A DNA stretch of 32,000 bases from Candidatus Electronema halotolerans. GTDB lineage: Bacteria > Desulfobacterota > Desulfobulbia > Desulfobulbales > Desulfobulbaceae. The notes beneath the pieces were generated by a model. That model was not told the origin of the DNA, made no database searches, and saw only the letters and a program-made list of their open reading frames with translations. The position numbers and the translations under genes are program-made. The number at the start of each line of letters is the position of its first letter. The first letter of the stretch is position 1. The DNA lies in the NCBI GenBank assembly GCA_942493095.1, contig OW818675.1:2130001-2162000 (forward strand). The letters are read 5' to 3'. Below are positions 17,704 through 26,030 of the stretch, piece after piece.

Positions 17704-18996
17704 ATGAACTACGAGCAGGCATGGCAGTTTCTTGATCAGCTTCAGCTTTTTAAAATCAAGCTGGGGCTGGATTCCATGAACCGGTTTCTGGAGCGGCTGG
17801 GCAATCCCCAGCAGAGCTTGCAGTGCGTCCATATTGCTGGCACCAACGGCAAAGGTTCGGTCGGCGCGGCCCTGCATTCCATCCTCAGCGCGGCAGGCTG
17901 CAAAACCGCCTTCTACACCTCGCCGCATCTCAGCTCGGTGCGGGAGCGCTTCAAGATTGGCAACGCATACATCAGCAAAGAGGATTTCACCCGCCTGATC
18001 AGCCAGATTGCTGCGATCTTGGACGGCAATCAGATCACCTATTTTGAATGCACCACGGCCTTGGCTCTGCTCTGGTTTGCCGAGCAAAAGGCGGACTGCG
18101 CCATTTTGGAAGTCGGCATGGGCGGCAGATTGGATGCCACCAACGTGATCAAGCCCTTGCTTTCCGTGATCACCAATGTGAGCATGGATCATGAGCAGCA
18201 TCTCGGCAGCAGCTTGGCCGCCATTGCTACGGAAAAGGCAGGCATCATCAAAACGGGCGTGCCGGTGCTGTCCGGGGCGGCAGATGACGACTCCGGGCGG
18301 GTCATCCAGCAGACCTGCGCGGCCCAGCAGGCCCCGCTCTTCCTGTTTGGCCGTGATTTCACCGGCAGCGGCGAAGGCAAGCTCTGGCAATATCACGGCA
18401 TGAAGGACATGCTGCTCCATGATCTGCCCATGTCCATGCACGGTCGGCATCAAATCAGCAACTGCTCTTTGGCCTTGGCCGCTGTTCAATTGCTGCAAGA
18501 GCAGGGCTGTACCATCAGCGAGGAGCATGTCCGCACTGGCTTGGCCCAGACGCGCTGGCCGGGACGGATGGAATATTTCCGTGACAGCCAGGGGCGGCAG
18601 TTTCTCTTGGATGGTGCCCATAATCCGGCAGGCGCGGCAGCTCTGCGGCAAGCCTTGGCAAACGATTTCCCCCGCCAGCGGCTGCTGCTGATCTGGGCGG
18701 CAATGGCGGACAAAGATATAAAAACTGCTCTGCGTGAAATCGCGCCGCTGGCCGATGTCATCATTCTGACCAAAGCAGCAGAATCAGAACGCGCTGCCAG
18801 CCCGGAGCAGCTCTTGGCGGCCCTGCCAGAGGAGCTGCAAGCGCGGGCCGTTCTTGCTCCATCGCCTGCCGAGGCCATTGCCCAGGCTGGCAGCTTGGCT
18901 GGTAAAGATGACCTGATCTGCATTTCCGGCTCGCTCTATCTGATCGGCGCAGCCCGCAGCCTGCTCTTGGGAGGTCTGGTTGATGACGAAAAATGA
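17704..18996 (+). CDS. folC: bifunctional folylpolyglutamate synthase / dihydrofolate synthase
   Basis: Mur-ligase P-loop HIAGTNGKGS, SPHL, ILEVGMGGRLDATN and NVSMDHxxxLG motifs. The start is at MNYEQAW (ATG 17704). Confidence 0.9.
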   Translation: MNYEQAWQFLDQLQLFKIKLGLDSMNRFLERLGNPQQSLQCVHIAGTNGKGSVGAALHSILSAAGCKTAFYTSPHLSSVRERFKIGNAYISKEDFTRLISQIAAILDGNQITYFECTTALALLWFAEQKADCAILEVGMGGRLDATNVIKPLLSVITNVSMDHEQHLGSSLAAIATEKAGIIKTGVPVLSGAADDDSGRVIQQTCAAQQAPLFLFGRDFTGSGEGKLWQYHGMKDMLLHDLPMSMHGRHQISNCSLALAAVQLLQEQGCTISEEHVRTGLAQTRWPGRMEYFRDSQGRQFLLDGAHNPAGAAALRQALANDFPRQRLLLIWAAMADKDIKTALREIAPLADVIILTKAAESERAASPEQLLAALPEELQARAVLAPSPAEAIAQAGSLAGKDDLICISGSLYLIGAARSLLLGGLVDDEK

Positions 18997-19285
18997 CTGG
19001 GACGATTTCAGCTTTGGCGTGGATGATGCCTTTGTCCGGGCCGAGCGGCAGAAGGCCAGAGAGCTGCGCAAGACGCGCTGGTGGCAGCAGAAAACCGCGT
19101 CCGGCCTCTGCTGGTACTGCCAGCGCAGGGTGCCGATTAAAGAGCTGACTATGGATCATGCCGTGCCCTTGGCCAAAGGCGGTCGCTCCGTCAAAAGCAA
19201 CCTTGTTCCCTGCTGCAAAGACTGCAATAACGCCAAAAAAGCCTGCCTGCCTGCCGAGCTGGAGGAGCTGCAGTCCAGTTCCTGA
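18983..19285 (+). CDS. small HNH endonuclease
   Basis: CWYC...MDHAVPLAKGG...N..PCCKDCNNAK is the HNH beta-beta-alpha metal finger with two CxxC pairs. It overlaps the folC 3' end by 14 nt. Confidence 0.75.
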   Translation: MTKNDWDDFSFGVDDAFVRAERQKARELRKTRWWQQKTASGLCWYCQRRVPIKELTMDHAVPLAKGGRSVKSNLVPCCKDCNNAKKACLPAELEELQSSS

Positions 19286-19449
19286 CCACGCCTTCCCTCC
19301 TTTGCCGCCGTATTCCAGCACCCTGTTTTTTCAACCAGAATATCTTTTTTTGCCGGAAAAATTCCCGCATCGGGAAAATAATGCTTGTCTTTTGCAAAAA
19401 AGCAAGTATATTTCCAGCTCTAATCGTGACAAAAAATGACACAAGATGA

Positions 19450-19478
19450 TTGACTGGTGACAGTTACTGATGTATAAT
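19450..19478 (+). promoter_or_regulatory. near-consensus sigma70 promoter
   Basis: TTGACT (19450-19455), 17-nt spacer, TATAAT (19473-19478). AAGGAGG lies at 19488-19494 and the ATG at 19504. Confidence 0.55.
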
Positions 19479-19503
19479 GAATATATAAGGAGGAGAGCAA
19501 GTT

Positions 19504-19869
19504 ATGAGCTTTCTTGAAGGACTGCTTTGGCTGACGCTCAATGTTTATCATGAGGCGCGCAGCGAACCACAGATCGGCCAGCTTGCTGTTGCTCATGTCA
19601 CCCTGAACCGGGCCAGCCAGAGCAAGCAAACAGTTGAGGAGGTGGTCACAGCGCCGCGTCAGTTTAGCTGGACCTTTCTCCAGAAATCCTACATGCCCAC
19701 GGAAACAGATGCCTTTTTTGAATGTCTCCAGACCTCGATGAAGGCCTTGACCACTTCCGACTTCACCAGGGGCGCGACCTTCTATCACCGCAAAGACGTG
19801 CATCCCAAATGGGCGGCCCATAAAAAATATGTGGCCAAATACGGCGCCCATCTCTTCTACCGCAACTGA
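19504..19869 (+). CDS. cell wall hydrolase, SleB/Hydrolase_2 family
   Basis: LTLNVYHEARSEP...VAHVTLNR...VVTAPRQFS is the characteristic SleB-type catalytic domain signature. Confidence 0.8.
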   Translation: MSFLEGLLWLTLNVYHEARSEPQIGQLAVAHVTLNRASQSKQTVEEVVTAPRQFSWTFLQKSYMPTETDAFFECLQTSMKALTTSDFTRGATFYHRKDVHPKWAAHKKYVAKYGAHLFYRN

Positions 19870-20050
19870 ATTCTCCAAGCAGCAGAGCTGTTCCAAATCG
19901 CCGGAGCAGCTCTGAAGTCATTTTCCCCGCCTGAAAAAAACAGCCTTTTCTGCAATTTCCGGCTGGAACTAATCCGCAAAACAGGTATAGTAGTGAATAA
20001 AAAAACATTCACTGCACCGCAGTTCCGCCGGTCTGAGAGAGAATGGCAGC

Positions 20051-20464
20051 ATGAAGGCATCCGCAAAACATTTTTTTGCCCGGCAGGTGATTGCTTACGA
20101 AATCGCCGCCTTTGCCGCTGTCACAATCCTGCTCTGGCTTGATGAGCTTGCAGACCTTCCCAGCCATCTGCTCGGAGCCGAAGCAACGCCGGTCAACTGG
20201 CGCGAGTCCTTGTTTGAAAGTCTGATCATTGCCATGCTCTGCGTTGCCGTGATCCGTCTGACGCACAACCTGTTTCAGCGCATGAAATATCTTGAAGGAC
20301 TTCTGCCGGTCTGTGCTGCCTGCCACCGAATCAGGGGCGAGCATGGCGACTGGCAGCCCTTGGAATCCTACATTCTGGAGCAGAGCGATGCCCAGTTCAC
20401 CCACGGCATCTGCCCTGACTGCGCCGAAGAGCTGTATCCTGAATACAATCCCTACAAAAAATGA
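20051..20464 (+). CDS. small membrane protein with a C-terminal Cys/His module
   Basis: Two predicted TM helices, then LLPVCAACHRIRGEHGDWQPLESYI...FTHGICPDCAEELY. I recall this conserved tail from many signalling proteins of sulfate reducers and spirochaetes. Confidence 0.55.
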   Translation: MKASAKHFFARQVIAYEIAAFAAVTILLWLDELADLPSHLLGAEATPVNWRESLFESLIIAMLCVAVIRLTHNLFQRMKYLEGLLPVCAACHRIRGEHGDWQPLESYILEQSDAQFTHGICPDCAEELYPEYNPYKK

Positions 20465-20488
20465 CCGGCTGGCCGCTGCCAGCGGCGG

Positions 20489-21262
20489 ATGGACGCTTTG
20501 CCAAGCATGGACAGAACAGCAGGCAGAAATGACAGCAGAACGGCCTTTGATCTGAAAGGCGCGGCCTTCACCATCCTCGTCCTGTCGCTGCGGAGCGCGG
20601 ACATGGAGGAGGTTGCGGCCCTGCTCAAGGAAAAAGTCAGGCAGGCTCCTGATTTTTTTCATAATGCGCCGGTGGTGATCAGTCTGGGGCAGGTTGAGGA
20701 GGAGACGATTGACTTGGCCACGCTGATCAATCTGCTGCGGAATCAGGGCTTCATTCCGGTCGGCATCACTTGCGTCACTGACGAGCAGAAAGCCCAAGCT
20801 GCCGCAATGGAGCTGGCCGTGCTGACAGCGCGGGGTGCTGCCCGGCCAGTGCCGGAGGAAGCAGCGGTTGCAGAGCCTGAACCGGAGGACTCCTCTGCTG
20901 CGGTCATTCTCCCGTTGGAACAGCCACCTGCTGCGCAAGAGCAGCATGTTTTTGTTGATCCAGTCCGTTCCGGGCAAAGCGTGATCATAGCTCATGGTGA
21001 TTTGACCGTGCTGGCTTCAGTCGGGTCAGGGGCGGAGATTGCCGCGCCTGGCAGCATTCATGTCTATGGCACCCTGCGGGGCCGGGCATTCGCTGGCTGT
21101 GACGGCGATGCAACCGCACGCATTTTTTGCCAGAAGTTGGAAGCGGAACTGGTGGCGATTGCGGGCGTGCATCTGGTCAGTGAAGATTTTCCCAATCATC
21201 TCCGCTCCAAACCTGCGCAGATTCGGCTGCATGGCGGCAGACTGCATGTTACGGGGCTGTAG
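20489..21262 (+). CDS. minC: septum site-determining protein MinC
   Basis: N-terminal FDLKG...LVL domain, an Ala/Pro/Glu-rich linker and a C-terminal beta-helix (VRSGQSV...GDLTVLASVGSGAEIAAPGSIHVYGTLRGRAFAG). The exact start is uncertain (20489 or 20507). Confidence 0.8.
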   Translation: MDALPSMDRTAGRNDSRTAFDLKGAAFTILVLSLRSADMEEVAALLKEKVRQAPDFFHNAPVVISLGQVEEETIDLATLINLLRNQGFIPVGITCVTDEQKAQAAAMELAVLTARGAARPVPEEAAVAEPEPEDSSAAVILPLEQPPAAQEQHVFVDPVRSGQSVIIAHGDLTVLASVGSGAEIAAPGSIHVYGTLRGRAFAGCDGDATARIFCQKLEAELVAIAGVHLVSEDFPNHLRSKPAQIRLHGGRLHVTGL

Positions 21263-21342
21263 AGCAGAATGCTGGGCCTTGCTTTTGACCCTCTTTTCAG
21301 ACTTCTTTCCAACATGCTGTCATTTTAGCACGTTGCGACCAT

Positions 21343-21370
21343 CCCTTTTGAAAAGGGCATTTTTAAAAAA
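21343..21370 (+). terminator. possible intrinsic terminator after minC
   Basis: CCCTTTT-GA-AAAGGG hairpin (21343-21357) followed by CATTTTTAAAAAA. The stem is short and AT-rich, so the call is weak. Confidence 0.35.
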
Positions 21371-21451
21371 GAACAGCAACCACTTGAAACAATGCGCTGT
21401 TCTGTGTTATAAAGCATAGTTCACTGCCGCACAGGCAGCTTACTGAAAAAA

Positions 21452-22858
21452 ATGAAATACATCAGCACACGAGGCGGTATTGCGCCCGTTCCGTTTGACG
21501 AAGCCGTGATGATGGGCCTTGCCCGTGATGGCGGCCTGCTTTTGCCTGAGCACCTGCCCACAGTTGCACCAATATTGCTCAACGCTTGGCAGAATCTTTC
21601 ATATCAGCATCTTGCATTAGAAGTTCTGTCGCTGTTCACCGGTGAGATGCCCCGCGCCGATATGGAAGACATGATCGAGCGGGCTTACAGCACATTTCGT
21701 CATCATCATGTCACGCCGCTGCGAAAAGTCGGCGGGCTGCACATTCTGGAGCTGTTTCACGGCCCGACGCTGGCCTTCAAAGACGTGGCCTTGCAACTGC
21801 TCGGCAATCTTTTTGAATATGAGCTGAACAAAAGCGGCGGCTTCATGAACATCATCGGCGCGACCTCTGGCGACACAGGCAGCGCGGCGATTTACGGTGT
21901 GCGAGGACGGAAGGGGATCAACATCTTCATTCTTCATCCGCATGGCCGGACCAGTCCGATTCAAGCGTTGCAGATGACCACGGTCACGGATGCGAATGTC
22001 TTCAACATTGCTGTGCGCGGCACCTTTGACGATGCCCAGGCCATTGTCAAAACGCTGTTCAATGATCTGGAATTCCGTGACAAACACCAGCTTGGGGCAA
22101 TAAACTCCATCAATTGGGCGAGGGTGCTGGCCCAGGTTGTCTATTACGTTTTCGCCTGTCTCAAGCTGCGCAAGCAAGGCTCTGAGTCTGTGGATTTCTC
22201 GGTGCCGACCGGCAATTTCGGCGACATCTTTGCCGGGTATATTGCAAAGCGGCTTTTGCCCGCAGGCTGCATCAACCGCCTAATTCTTGCCACGAACTCG
22301 AATGACATTCTGACCCGTTTTGTCAATCAGGGCGATTACTCGATTGCCGGGGATGTGGTGCCGACCTTCAGCCCGTCAATGGACATTCAGATTGCCTCGA
22401 ATTTTGAACGCTATCTCTATTATTTGCATCAGGAGGACGGCGGCAGGGTCAAGGCGGCGATGGAGCAGTTTGCCGCCACTGGCCGGATGGATTTGTCGCC
22501 GTTCCAAGAGCAGGTGGGCCGCGACTTTGCCTCCCGTTCCGTCTCGGAAGAGGACACCATCGCCACTATCCGCTCGATCTATCAAGAGCATGACTATCTG
22601 CTCGATCCGCACACAGCCGTGGGCGTGCGGGCCGCGCTGGAGCTGAAGCAGGAGCGGCCTATGGTCTGTCTGGCCACCGCGCATCCGGCCAAATTCGGCG
22701 ACGCAGTGCAAAGCGCCATTGGCCAAGAACCTGACCTGCCGCCTGCGCTGGCCCGGCTGGCAGGCATGGAAAGCCGCTGCGAGGTCATGGATGCGGATGC
22801 GGAACTGATTCGCAGATATCTGCAAGACAATGCTCTGCGTCCGAACGCATGCTCTTAA
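21452..22858 (+). CDS. thrC: threonine synthase
   Basis: MKYISTRGG N-terminus, PLP-lysine context HGPTLAFKD, and GATSGDTGSAA. Confidence 0.95.
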   Translation: MKYISTRGGIAPVPFDEAVMMGLARDGGLLLPEHLPTVAPILLNAWQNLSYQHLALEVLSLFTGEMPRADMEDMIERAYSTFRHHHVTPLRKVGGLHILELFHGPTLAFKDVALQLLGNLFEYELNKSGGFMNIIGATSGDTGSAAIYGVRGRKGINIFILHPHGRTSPIQALQMTTVTDANVFNIAVRGTFDDAQAIVKTLFNDLEFRDKHQLGAINSINWARVLAQVVYYVFACLKLRKQGSESVDFSVPTGNFGDIFAGYIAKRLLPAGCINRLILATNSNDILTRFVNQGDYSIAGDVVPTFSPSMDIQIASNFERYLYYLHQEDGGRVKAAMEQFAATGRMDLSPFQEQVGRDFASRSVSEEDTIATIRSIYQEHDYLLDPHTAVGVRAALELKQERPMVCLATAHPAKFGDAVQSAIGQEPDLPPALARLAGMESRCEVMDADAELIRRYLQDNALRPNACS

Positions 22859-22893
22859 TTGGTTGGTCATAGTTCCTCCCAGAAATGTCCTGC

Positions 22894-22924
22894 CGTAGGG
22901 GTCGTCCCCGGTGGCGACCCCGTG
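22894..22924. repeat. GC-rich hairpin repeat of the CGTAGGG family
   Basis: CGTA-GGGGTCG-tccccggtgg-CGACCCC-GTG, a 7-bp perfect stem (22898-22904 / 22915-22921). It shares the CGTAGGGG lead-in with the elements at 8066 and, in reverse orientation, 28225-28251. Confidence 0.5.
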
Positions 22925-23124
22925 TTTCCCGTCATTTCGGTGAATTGCAACAGGTCAAACATAGGGGCCTGACCTTACAAAATTAAGACTGACTGTTGCC
23001 ACCGGCTCGACGAGACCACTTCAACGACCAGCCGGGGCAGCACAGCGCACTTGATGATAAGGTGTCTGCCTGAGCATGCAACGCCTGGCAGATTTCCGCC
23101 CGTCCCTTGTTCCCTGCGCCCACC

Positions 23125-23173
23125 AAAATGAGCTGCCCGCCTCATTGTCCGGGCAGCCCTTCCTGAGTACAAT
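23125..23173 (+). promoter_or_regulatory. copy A of shared operator/promoter motif
   Basis: AAAATGAG-CTGCCCGC-CTCATTGTCC-N17-TACAAT. The palindrome AATGAG-N8-CTCATT overlaps a -35-like TTGTCC, and the -10-like TACAAT is at 23168-23173. Confidence 0.45.
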
Positions 23174-23214
23174 GCTCCCTCAAAATCCTGTCCGAATCCG
23201 AATCATGATTGCTC

Positions 23215-24057
23215 ATGACCGCCATTGCCTTTGCCCAGAGCCGCCCGCCCAATGCCATGCTGCTGGCAGGCAGCATCCTCTGCGTGCTGCTCCTGCTTGT
23301 CTGCCTGCTGGGCGCACGGCTGGCCCCATACGACCCGCTCGCCCTTGACCTGAGCCAGCAGCTAGCTCCGCCCTCTGCCACCCACCTCTGCGGCACCGAT
23401 CAGCTGGGCCGCTGCGTCCTGTCGCGGCTGCTCTGCGGAGCGCGGAACTCCTTAGCCTCTGCACTGGCCGCCGTGGGACTCAGCCTGAGCATCGGCCTGC
23501 CGCTCGGCTTTCTCGCCGGACTGAGCACCCGGCGCATCGACCGCCTGCTCATGGCCATCTGCGATGTGGTGCTGGCCTTCCCTTTCCTCATCCTCGCCTT
23601 GGCCCTGACCGCAGCTCTTGGCCCGTCCCTGCGCAGCCTGATCCTTGGCGCAGGACTGGCGGGCTGGGCGTGGCAGACCAAGTTCATCCGGGGCATGGCC
23701 CTTGATGCCAAGGACAAGGACTTTGTCCGCCAAGCCAAGGCAATGGGCCTGACCCGCCCTGCCCTGCTGCGCCGCTGCATCCTGCCCCAGCTCCTGCCGC
23801 CGCTCTTGGTCAGCACCTCCCTCAGCGCGGGCCGGATGATCGTGGTCATCTCCAGCCTCAGCTATCTGGGTCTGGGCATTCAGCCGCCCCAGCCGGAATG
23901 GGGCGTGATGCTGCGCGAGTCCATGCTGCATATTGCCGCTGCGCCGTGGCTGGCGATTGCTCCGGGCGCGGCAGCCAGCCTGTCAGTGCTGGCCTTCACC
24001 CTGCTCGGCGAGGGCTTGAAAGACTGGTTCCAGATACGGCCTGTTCATGCTGCTTGA
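23215..24057 (+). CDS. ABC transporter permease, NikC/DppC/OppC type
   Basis: N-terminal ...LAPYDP motif, six TM segments and an EAA-like loop (FVRQAKAMGLTRPALLRRCILPQ). The ATG at 23215 is preferred over the TTG at 23209. Confidence 0.85.
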   Translation: MTAIAFAQSRPPNAMLLAGSILCVLLLLVCLLGARLAPYDPLALDLSQQLAPPSATHLCGTDQLGRCVLSRLLCGARNSLASALAAVGLSLSIGLPLGFLAGLSTRRIDRLLMAICDVVLAFPFLILALALTAALGPSLRSLILGAGLAGWAWQTKFIRGMALDAKDKDFVRQAKAMGLTRPALLRRCILPQLLPPLLVSTSLSAGRMIVVISSLSYLGLGIQPPQPEWGVMLRESMLHIAAAPWLAIAPGAAASLSVLAFTLLGEGLKDWFQIRPVHAA

Positions 24058-24829
24058 AGTGGACAGGCTTTGCATCGGCTTGGGCAACGGGGCAAGGCGG
24101 ATTGTCGATGAGGTCAGCTTCAGGCTGGAGCGCGGCTCCTGCTTCGGCCTGCTGGGCGAGAGCGGCACTGGCAAGACCCTGCTCGCCTATGCCCTCTGCG
24201 GCCTGCTCAGTCCGCCGATGCAGGTGCTGGACGGCACAGTCCGCTTTGCTGGCGAGACGCTCCTGCCCGGCCCGCAGAGGAAGCTGGCCTGTCTGCGGGG
24301 CCGCCACATCTTCATGATGTTCCAGAGCGCGGCGGCGGCCCTCAATCCCTACCTGACCATTGGCAAACAGATTGCCGAAGCCTTGCAGACCACCCGGCGG
24401 CTCTCAGGCAGGGCGGCCTTGCGCGAGGCAGGCGCGCTGCTGGAGCGGGTCGGCCTGCGCAGCGAGCTGGTCAGTGCCCATCCCTTCCAACTGAGCGGCG
24501 GCATGCAGCAGCGGGTTCTGATCGCCATTGCCCTTGGCCTGCATCCGCAAGTCCTGATTGCCGACGAGCCAACCACCGGCCTGGACGCGCTCTCCTCCCT
24601 GCGCATTCTGGAGCTGCTCCAAAGCCTGAAGGAGGAGGGCATGGCCATCCTCTTCATTTCCCATGACCTGAAGGCCATTGCCCTGCTTGCTGACCAAGCT
24701 GGCGTGATGCGGCAAGGGCGGCTGGTCGAAACCGGCCCGCCTGCCCAGCTCCTGACTGCGCCCAAGCATCCCTGCACCCGTGAGCTGATGGAGGCGGTTC
24801 AGCGGCTGGAGGCCTGGCCGCCCGCATAG
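24047..24829 (+). CDS. ABC transporter ATP-binding protein, NikD/DppD type
   Basis: Walker A GESGTGKT, signature LSGGMQQR, Walker B LIADEPTTGLD and H-loop SHD. It overlaps the upstream permease by 11 nt. Confidence 0.9.
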   Translation: MLLEVDRLCIGLGNGARRIVDEVSFRLERGSCFGLLGESGTGKTLLAYALCGLLSPPMQVLDGTVRFAGETLLPGPQRKLACLRGRHIFMMFQSAAAALNPYLTIGKQIAEALQTTRRLSGRAALREAGALLERVGLRSELVSAHPFQLSGGMQQRVLIAIALGLHPQVLIADEPTTGLDALSSLRILELLQSLKEEGMAILFISHDLKAIALLADQAGVMRQGRLVETGPPAQLLTAPKHPCTRELMEAVQRLEAWPPA

Positions 24830-24847
24830 CCGGGCAGTATGCCCAGT

Positions 24848-24896
24848 AAAATGAGGCGGCTGCCTCATTGTCCGGGCGGCAGGAATATGGTTTATT
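24848..24896 (+). promoter_or_regulatory. copy B of shared operator/promoter motif
   Basis: AAAATGAG-GCGGCTGC-CTCATTGTCC-N17-TTTATT, preceded by the small hairpin GGGCA-GTA-TGCCC (24832-24844). Confidence 0.45.
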
Positions 24897-25046
24897 CTGG
24901 CAGTGTTCACTGCTGCTTTTTCCTTCTCTCCTTTGTTCAGCCCAGAACCATCGGGAAAGGCAGCAGCTCCGGGGCTGTTGCAGCCTCGGAGGGTTTCTCT
25001 TTGCAAGGGGGCAATCAAGCAGCCAAGACGCTGAACGCTGACCAAC

Positions 25047-26006
25047 ATGACAACAAGGCATGCCGCCATTCTCTTTCTCAAGCGTCTGGCCCGGATGGGC
25101 GGCATCCTGATCGGGGTGTCGCTGCTGACCTTTGTCCTGCTGGAGCTGGTGCCCGGCGATGCCGCAGACCTCCTCCTGAGCAGCCAGATGCAGACCGCCT
25201 CGCCTGCGCAGGCCGCCGCCCTTCGGCAGGAGCTGGCTCTGGACGCGCCCCTGCCGCTGCGCTATCTGCGCTGGCTGGGCCGGGCAGCGGTGCTGGACTT
25301 CGGCACCTCCATCCGCAGCGGCGAGCCGGTCAGCCGGGAAATACTCCGCTGCCTGCCTGTGACCATGACCCTTGCCCTGCTCACCTTCAGCTTTGCCGTG
25401 ACTGTCTCCGTGCTGGGCGGCATCATTGCGGCCCTGTTCGAGAAGCGTCTGCCGGACAGAGGCCACCGCCTGTTCGCCATTCTTGCCGTCTCCATTCCTG
25501 ACTACTGGCTGGGCCTGATGCTGCTCCTGCTCTTTGCCCTCAAGCTGGGCTGGCTGCCCGTGCTCGGCGGCAGCGGCCCTGAAGCCTTCATCCTGCCAGT
25601 GCTGGCCCTGGGCCTGTCTGCCGCTGCCGCCGAGGGCCGGGTCTTCCGGGCCAGCATCATTGCGACCTTGCAGCAGGACTGGGTGCTCTTTGCCCGCGCC
25701 AAGGGACTGCACCCGGCCAAAGTATGGCTGCGGCACGTGCTCCGCCCTGCCGCCCTGCCCATGCTCTCGGTCTGGGGCATGCAGCTAGGCCATCTGCTCG
25801 GCGGGGCCGTGGTGATTGAATCGGTCTTCTCCTTGCCCGGCTTAGGCAAGCTGGCAGCGGATGCGGTGCTCCAGCGCGACCTGCCCATGATTCAAGGCGC
25901 GGTGCTGGCCATGACCTGCTTCTTTATCCTTGCAAGCGGGGCGATGGAGAGCATCCATGCCCTGCTTGCCCCCAAGAATCGGCTGGCAATGGCTGACATG
26001 CCCTGA
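25047..26006 (+). CDS. ABC transporter permease, NikB/DppB/OppB type
   Basis: FLKRLARMGGILIGVSLLTFVLLELVPGD N-terminus and an EAA loop (FARAKGLHPAKVWLRHVLRPA) typical of DppB/NikB. Confidence 0.85.
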   Translation: MTTRHAAILFLKRLARMGGILIGVSLLTFVLLELVPGDAADLLLSSQMQTASPAQAAALRQELALDAPLPLRYLRWLGRAAVLDFGTSIRSGEPVSREILRCLPVTMTLALLTFSFAVTVSVLGGIIAALFEKRLPDRGHRLFAILAVSIPDYWLGLMLLLLFALKLGWLPVLGGSGPEAFILPVLALGLSAAAAEGRVFRASIIATLQQDWVLFARAKGLHPAKVWLRHVLRPAALPMLSVWGMQLGHLLGGAVVIESVFSLPGLGKLAADAVLQRDLPMIQGAVLAMTCFFILASGAMESIHALLAPKNRLAMADMP

Positions 26007-26030
26007 CCAGCACAACTCATTGCAAAAAGA

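Noticed and set aside
23128-23166. Micro-peptides encoded by the shared motif (MSCPPHCPGSPS at 23128; MRRLPHCPGG... at 24851; MRPPPYCPGS... at 29779)
   Set aside because: The ATG is part of the conserved AATGAG palindrome arm. Downstream lengths and sequences diverge completely (12 aa versus open-ended frames) and there is no SD. Conservation is better explained at the DNA level (palindrome + -35 + fixed 17-nt spacer).
24897-25046. Cobalamin (or other) riboswitch in the long 5' leaders downstream of motif copies B and C (24897-25046, 29825-29952)
   Set aside because: Fragments such as GGTAAATCCAGCGG...CACGGCACTGCC (29834-29864) and AGGAATATGGTTTATTCTGGCAG...CACTGC vaguely recall B12-riboswitch blocks. 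However, I cannot assemble the full conserved core or B12 box, and copy A has only a 30-nt leader. This needs an Rfam/Infernal scan before any claim.
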